Made by a program: the position numbers and the translations under genes. From positions 1-50,647 of the IMG/VR virus record IMGVR_UViG_3300036781_000493: DNA of 50,647 nucleotides; one strand, given 5' to 3'. This document shows, piece by piece, positions 46,600 to 50,647 of this stretch (its first letter is position 1; the number at the start of each line of letters is the position of its first letter). Below the pieces are notes generated by a model that did not search any database, was not told the DNA's origin, and saw only the letters and a program-made list of their open reading frames with translations. The stretch is from a virus (lineage: Duplodnaviria > Caudoviricetes).

Positions 46600-48681
46600 T
46601 CAGTAATATTTCAGATTATTTTCATCCAGCCATGGAGTCAAATCATCAACAGTTTTGACACCCACTCCCTTGGCTCCCCAGGCAATACTGGCATCACCTT
46701 CAATGCCGACCTTGACCACCTCTCCGTGAATGATGATTGGGCGTTTGAAACTCTTATAGATTCGCTCCACGCCCTCTCTCCAACGATTATGGCGAGGGTC
46801 GATATTAAAGGTAATTGAATCGTGGGTCTGGAGTCGCACTGAGCAGCCGTTAAGAGTCGATGACACCAAGCATGGCTCGTCACCGTAGTTAGGGTTCTCA
46901 CCATCACGCAGGTATCTAGGAATATAGCCGTGCAACAACTCATCCATAACCATGTTGATTCTGCCAGCTGTTCCGGCTTGACCTGCTGTGGCCGCCACTG
47001 CTCGAAGCGTTGAGTCATCATAAGGATCAGAAAGGAATCGCTGGAGATACCGAAATGGCGTGAGGAAGCCACCCGTGCGAACAACTTCTTGTCGAAGGTC
47101 GCGATACCAAGAATCAGCGCTATCTTCGATACGTTTGAAGCGAGAGTAATGCGATCGGAATGCATGATCCAAGTCGTCACAAAAGATGATGAGTCTTTCT
47201 TGAGTCCAACTACCAGCATCATGGAATCCAGATTCGAGCGCCGCTGCAACAATTGCTTCCCTCCCTGCGTTCATATAGAGAGTCATGGCTGCCATTAGAT
47301 AGTGACAGCCATGAACTACCTTCTTGGTTATTTGTCTGATTCCGGTGATGGGGTGGACGACTTTCGGGTCTTCGGCTTTTTTGCCTTCGACGATTCCGTC
47401 GTATGTCCAGTTTTTGAAGAAGATGAGGGCGTTCGTGGCGTGTGAATCTCGTCCGGACAAAACAAGGTCAATTTTTTTCCGCTCACCTGATTCGTAGGCG
47501 ACGAAGACGTCGTCGGCCGCTGAGTAATCGACTTCGAGAAGAAAGCATCCATCATCCGCTTTTGCGAATCGACGATACTTCTTTCGAACATTTTGAGCAT
47601 TACCTCCATGACCAAAGGCGGAACCTCGTGATGAATAACGGGTGGTGGTGGTGCCAACTCCGTCGTACGAAGTAAGGAATCTGCTTCCTGTCGATCCAGC
47701 CCTGAATCTAGCAAGGCCGACAACATTAGAAATTTGCTTGGCGGGTTCGATGGCGGCAAGAGTAGCATCAGCGACTCGCCGGAGAATAGGGTGCTCACTT
47801 CGCATGATCCGCAATGGAGTCTTACCAGTTGATGCGTCCGCAATGTTTCGGACGGCTCGTCCTTTGGCGTTTTTGAGCTTTGCTCCAAGGATTCCGTGGA
47901 AGAGTTCTCGCTTTTGGAGATATGAATTCGGGTTGAATTCTGGGTCGGCGACAAGATTCCTAAGCGTTGAAAGAGCGTTTGCAGCTTCGACATCCAACTG
48001 TTCCTTTATTTGAGTCATCACTGTCTCATCAACTGCGATTCCTAAAGCACTCATGTGGAGGCCCGATAAGCATCGCATGTGAGCATGGAAGAAGTTGAGT
48101 CGCATGGCCTCATCATTGGCTGCCATCTCAATCAACTTCAATGTGTTGAGGAGAGTGGACTCAGTATCAGACATAGCGTAGTTCTGATACTCAACCCAGT
48201 CATCACTCTTTCGATCACCCTTCCAATACTGATAGTGATCTAATAGTACGGATGATATAAAGTCCAGTCGCTTAGGTAGGTCAGGGAATCTTGACCACCA
48301 AAGCGACATGGAATCGTATGCATAGTTCTTGACAGGCAAACCATAAAACAGCTTCCATGCCAAGTCATACACGCCATTCTGGTAGGTCTTTGGGATATCT
48401 GTCTGTCCGAGTTGTAGACTCGTGTCATATATGTACTCGATATCCGGTGGTGCGCCAGAGGCAGCCGACTTGGATTGGAGGAAAGGAAGCGAGAATGAAT
48501 AGAGTTTATCATCGATGAGTCCCGTCCAAGCGTCAACTGTCATGCAGAATGGATTTTTCTTTTTCTTATCGTAGGGAATCGTCTCAATGTCGTTGGCGTT
48601 CAGAGTTGATTCTTTGAGGGTGTCGATTGCATCACGGCAAGCGTAACGATCCCAGCAGATGACACGTTGAGTCTCAAGCAT
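46600..48681 (-). CDS. polA: family A DNA polymerase with 3'-5' exonuclease
   Basis: Exo motifs DIET, QNGVYD, YAMSD; polymerase motifs TTTRYSS, NAQN, DYSAAD, RQITKKVVHGCHY, THDS. Confidence 0.93.
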   Translation of the reverse strand: MLETQRVICWDRYACRDAIDTLKESTLNANDIETIPYDKKKKNPFCMTVDAWTGLIDDKLYSFSLPFLQSKSAASGAPPDIEYIYDTSLQLGQTDIPKTYQNGVYDLAWKLFYGLPVKNYAYDSMSLWWSRFPDLPKRLDFISSVLLDHYQYWKGDRKSDDWVEYQNYAMSDTESTLLNTLKLIEMAANDEAMRLNFFHAHMRCLSGLHMSALGIAVDETVMTQIKEQLDVEAANALSTLRNLVADPEFNPNSYLQKRELFHGILGAKLKNAKGRAVRNIADASTGKTPLRIMRSEHPILRRVADATLAAIEPAKQISNVVGLARFRAGSTGSRFLTSYDGVGTTTTRYSSRGSAFGHGGNAQNVRKKYRRFAKADDGCFLLEVDYSAADDVFVAYESGERKKIDLVLSGRDSHATNALIFFKNWTYDGIVEGKKAEDPKVVHPITGIRQITKKVVHGCHYLMAAMTLYMNAGREAIVAAALESGFHDAGSWTQERLIIFCDDLDHAFRSHYSRFKRIEDSADSWYRDLRQEVVRTGGFLTPFRYLQRFLSDPYDDSTLRAVAATAGQAGTAGRINMVMDELLHGYIPRYLRDGENPNYGDEPCLVSSTLNGCSVRLQTHDSITFNIDPRHNRWREGVERIYKSFKRPIIIHGEVVKVGIEGDASIAWGAKGVGVKTVDDLTPWLDENNLKYY

Positions 48682-49325
48682 TACCTAGGAATCCTATTCA
48701 AAATACGACCGCATTTCTGTAAATCGAATCTAATGACCGCTCTGCCGTATGGAACCACTATTGGCTCGTGCCATTCCATCTTGGCAGCTTCGTCTTCCTC
48801 ATCATCTGAATCCTCTTCACTAACCTGATCGGCAGCCCAATCGGATTTTTCAGTGAATCCCTCATTCAACTTTGCAATATCCGCCTTCTTCATCTTCGTA
48901 TGGAAAGCAGTGATCGGAAGCATGACTAGCCAAGGGATAGAGTCAATGACATAAGTGCCACCGCGCAAACGATCGAGCGTTCCTTGATTCCACTCTTTGT
49001 TCACCATAAACAACATAGACGGATCTTGGCAGATGACAAAATCCGGCCGAAATGCAACGATGCAGGCTTGAGTCCACTTAGCGAGTTCCCACTGAGTCTT
49101 GATGTTAGTCGACCAGCCGGGTTGCTTTCTAGCTTTGTGCCACTCAAGAATTTGATTCTTACGAAAATGCGTATAGGCCGAGCGAAGCTGAACTTCAACC
49201 AATCTATTTGGGAGTCCATTCTCTTCGAGCAAACCTTTCCAAATATTCAAATAGTTGTGGGTGATGCCCACTGAGTCCTGAAATACCAGAACCCGATACT
49301 TTCTGACAACCTCAGGCTTCTTCAT
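48681..49325 (-). CDS. uracil-DNA-glycosylase-fold-like polymerase-associated protein
   Basis: RPDFVICQD...LRGG...WLVMLP...FDLQK pattern; TAATG-coupled to the polymerase; catalytic His not evident. Confidence 0.5.
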   Translation of the reverse strand: MKKPEVVRKYRVLVFQDSVGITHNYLNIWKGLLEENGLPNRLVEVQLRSAYTHFRKNQILEWHKARKQPGWSTNIKTQWELAKWTQACIVAFRPDFVICQDPSMLFMVNKEWNQGTLDRLRGGTYVIDSIPWLVMLPITAFHTKMKKADIAKLNEGFTEKSDWAADQVSEEDSDDEEDEAAKMEWHEPIVVPYGRAVIRFDLQKCGRILNRIPR

Positions 49326-49719
49326 GATTCTTGACCTGAGTATAAACCAAATTGCAAAACACCTCAAGCTCTTTGACCAGCTCGTCGATCACCATCTGAC
49401 TCGAGCGATCAATGGAGAAGTGAGTCCCTACGAAGTGCTGAGGCTGAACAATCAGAAGATTGTCGCAAAGCTGCTTGTTTACCATGATGCAGTCATTGGT
49501 GATTCCAAGAAAGGAAAAGCTCTCCGCAGTCGGGTCATTTTGGAGAGCCGAATATTGATCAGCACTGAGTGAGCAATAAATGCAGAAATAGGAGTCATGA
49601 GACTGAGGCTTGACTCTCTTGACGACAAGCCCAAAGAACATCTGCTTGCCGGCACTGATCAAAGCAGTTGCTCGGTTGTAGCGTTCGTCTCGTTCAATGA
49701 ATCTAAGAATTTCAACCAT
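49312..49719 (-). CDS. hypothetical protein
   Basis: 135-aa ORF in the replication operon. Confidence 0.7.
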   Translation of the reverse strand: MVEILRFIERDERYNRATALISAGKQMFFGLVVKRVKPQSHDSYFCIYCSLSADQYSALQNDPTAESFSFLGITNDCIMVNKQLCDNLLIVQPQHFVGTHFSIDRSSQMVIDELVKELEVFCNLVYTQVKNHEEA

Positions 49720-49743
49720 CTCTGAATCCCTAATGAAATTGAC

Positions 49744-49767
49744 TGGCGGAGATTGCTCCCCGCCAGC
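49744..49767 (-). terminator. GC-rich hairpin after the SSB-like gene
   Basis: CTGGCGG..ttgc..CCGCCAG stem; weak T-tract. Confidence 0.45.
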
Positions 49768-49783
49768 TATTCAGTTCCCTGGA

Positions 49784-50338
49784 TTATGCTGCCTGCGAGT
49801 CCGAGTCGGCTTCGCCGGTGGCGCCGGCTTCACCTTCTTCCAGTGCAAACCAGGAGAAGTTGGCGCGAGTCTCGCCGTTGCGAACAGCATGCTTGATCTT
49901 GAGACCAATGATGCCTTCACGTGCCGAGTCGAGCCAGCCAGGAGCACCGCCTTCGAGGCCGCCGAGACGTCCGACATTTTCAAAGCCGACCTTGGCGTAG
50001 CGACCCTTCAGGAGTCCGATCATGTCATTCATAGCCGACGGCCAGAAGGTGTGACGATCGTTCAGAACCTTGCCCTTGAGTCCTTCGATGTCGACAGTGC
50101 GATCGAGCGGTTCGCCATCGAGAATCTCGTACTTGAAGGCGACGAAGAAGAGCGGGAGGTAGGGTGCGCCAGTCTTCGGATCGATTCCTTCCTTGACGTC
50201 ATTCTCGCCGAGAGCCAGGTCATTGATCTTGACTGCGAAACTGCCAGCCGCCGGAAGCAGCGTGTCCAGTGCCTTGATTTCGTCAGTGACCTGTTCAGAG
50301 AAGTCGGCGAGCGAGAAACCTGCATTCATAGTAGACAT
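49784..50338 (-). CDS. putative single-stranded DNA-binding protein (DUF669-like)
   Basis: LLPAAGSFAVKI start of an OB-like fold, acidic tail; follows the AAA_24 gene as is typical. Confidence 0.6.
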   Translation of the reverse strand: MSTMNAGFSLADFSEQVTDEIKALDTLLPAAGSFAVKINDLALGENDVKEGIDPKTGAPYLPLFFVAFKYEILDGEPLDRTVDIEGLKGKVLNDRHTFWPSAMNDMIGLLKGRYAKVGFENVGRLGGLEGGAPGWLDSAREGIIGLKIKHAVRNGETRANFSWFALEEGEAGATGEADSDSQAA

Positions 50339-50372
50339 GATTCAATCCTTTATCTTGTCTGTTTGGTTGTTG

Positions 50373-50647
50373 TCATTTGCCCGGCATTCTGAAAGTCTTC
50401 TTCGGCGCTGCCGGCTTAGGCGCTGAAGCATCAATGATTCCTGCCGCAACATCCGCTGCATACTTTTCTGCTTTGGCTTTTTCCGCCTCGGCAGCTGCAT
50501 TGCGAATCTCTTGAACAGTCATCGATTGAATCCATGTTGAGTTCTCCGGAAGCTCAAGCGGTGGCTCCGCGAACGTTCCTTTGAATCGAATTCCTGTTTT
50601 CGGATCAGCTTCTTTCATCGGCGATCCGCCACCGACTCTATCGATCT
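50373..50647 (-). CDS. 3' part of the AAA ATPase gene starting at 887
   Basis: Same frame through the circular junction; 1035 nt in total. Confidence 0.8.
   Translation of the reverse strand, partial: IDRVGGGSPMKEADPKTGIRFKGTFAEPPLELPENSTWIQSMTVQEIRNAAAEAEKAKAEKYAADVAAGIIDASAPKPAAPKKTFRMPGK
50521..50647. repeat. 127-bp terminal direct repeat, copy 2
   Basis: Identical to 1-127. Confidence 0.95.

Noticed and set aside
156-50426. Numerous antisense and alternate-frame ORFs in the track (e.g. 1530..2201+, 2464..3096+, 14625..15266-, 49697..50392+)
   Set aside because: They overlap well-supported genes on the opposite strand or frame and lack RBS or motifs

Overview
Apparently complete, circularly permuted genome (50,520 bp unique; bases 1-127 repeat as 50521-50647) of a tailed dsDNA phage with podovirus-type organisation. 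No integrase, RNA polymerase, DNA methyltransferase or clear primase is recognisable. The minus-strand arm (13121 down to 1, wrapping to 44152) carries replication and early genes: two GcrA-like HTH/ribbon-helix-helix regulators, a RecD-like helicase, a PD-(D/E)XK nuclease, MazG, an AAA ATPase crossing the contig junction, a putative SSB, a UDG-like protein, family A DNA polymerase, a dNMP kinase and a DUF3987-like ATPase. The plus-strand arm (13731-44131) carries terminase, portal, scaffold, capsid, tail and fibre genes, a GH19 lysis cassette and three internal (ejection) proteins. The most striking feature is about 4-5-fold enrichment of GANTC, the CcrM methylation site, in every block I hand-counted. 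It co-occurs with GcrA-like proteins, GANTC-containing promoters and RBS spacers, and a perfect CtrA box upstream of the replication operon. Together these suggest an alphaproteobacterial host and a phage wired into the host CcrM/GcrA/CtrA circuit. Also notable are a 200-nt Frpo/sso-like hairpin promoter, a CACTCGAT octamer array, and three hairpins with identical geometry. All protein assignments come from motif recognition by eye, without database searches.
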